Shown in pieces: positions 24,445 through 24,597 of a stretch of DNA of 24,597 nucleotides. Numbering within the stretch: position 1 is the stretch's first letter; each line of letters begins with the position of its first letter. A program made the position numbers and the translations under genes. The notes below the pieces were generated by a model. The model did no database searches. It had not been told where the DNA came from and saw only the letters and a program-made list of their open reading frames with translations. Source of the DNA: a virus (lineage: Duplodnaviria; Caudoviricetes); the IMG/VR virus record IMGVR_UViG_3300022179_000969, positions 1 to 24,597 of that record; one strand, written 5' to 3'.

Positions 24445-24591
24445 ATGGTTACAGCACGCATCCTTTCGAACGTTGAAGTTCACGGCCTGCAATTTGCAGT
24501 CGATCAAGAGCAGAACCGCCTCATGCGCAGGGGCTTCAGTCGCCGTGTCGCTTGGGTCATGGCGACACGCATGGTTGTGCAGGTCCTGTAA
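24445..24591 (+). CDS. Small early hypothetical protein, 48 aa
   Basis: Below the ORF-track cutoff; GGAG RBS; MVTARILSNVEVHGLQFAVDQEQNRLMRRGFSRRVAWVMATRMVVQVL. Confidence 0.7.
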   Translation: MVTARILSNVEVHGLQFAVDQEQNRLMRRGFSRRVAWVMATRMVVQVL

Positions 24592-24597
24592 GCAGCA

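Larger units (their letters stand above)
1..24597. mobile_element. Tailed bacteriophage genome segment (podovirus-like morphogenesis/lysis module plus start of the early region)
   Basis: Contiguous terS-terL-portal-scaffold-capsid-adaptor-fibre-lysis-nozzle-ejection gene order on the minus strand; no host genes or integrase in the window. Confidence 0.96.

Overview
The whole window is part of a tailed dsDNA bacteriophage genome. It looks podovirus-like (P22/T7-style architecture with no tail tube or tape measure gene seen) and has a Gram-negative host, since it encodes spanins. Bases ~1-23440 are one minus-strand late region. In transcription order it carries: an HNH endonuclease, the small terminase, a lower-GC cassette of predicted carbohydrate-binding/beta-helix proteins, the large terminase, an RcGTA-type head-spike base, portal, scaffold, major capsid, a decoration protein, two adaptor-like proteins, a tail fibre, a lysis cassette (two holin-like proteins, an M15 peptidase endolysin, an embedded Rz/Rz1 spanin pair), a tail nozzle and at least three ejection proteins. 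The last of these has a lytic transglycosylase domain and is missing from the ORF track. After a G/C-tract-rich divergent intergenic region (possible packaging site), a plus-strand early region begins with a boxA-like element, a ~300-nt structured leader and two small genes. The most striking observation is an apparently split, circularly permuted Calx-beta domain. Its last two strands sit at the N-terminus of the 632-aa beta-helix protein, and its first five strands form the C-terminus of the downstream 277-aa DNRLRE-like protein. This suggests either strand-complementation coupling in a modular capsid spike or a gene-permutation event. All family assignments come from motif recognition by eye, not from database searches.
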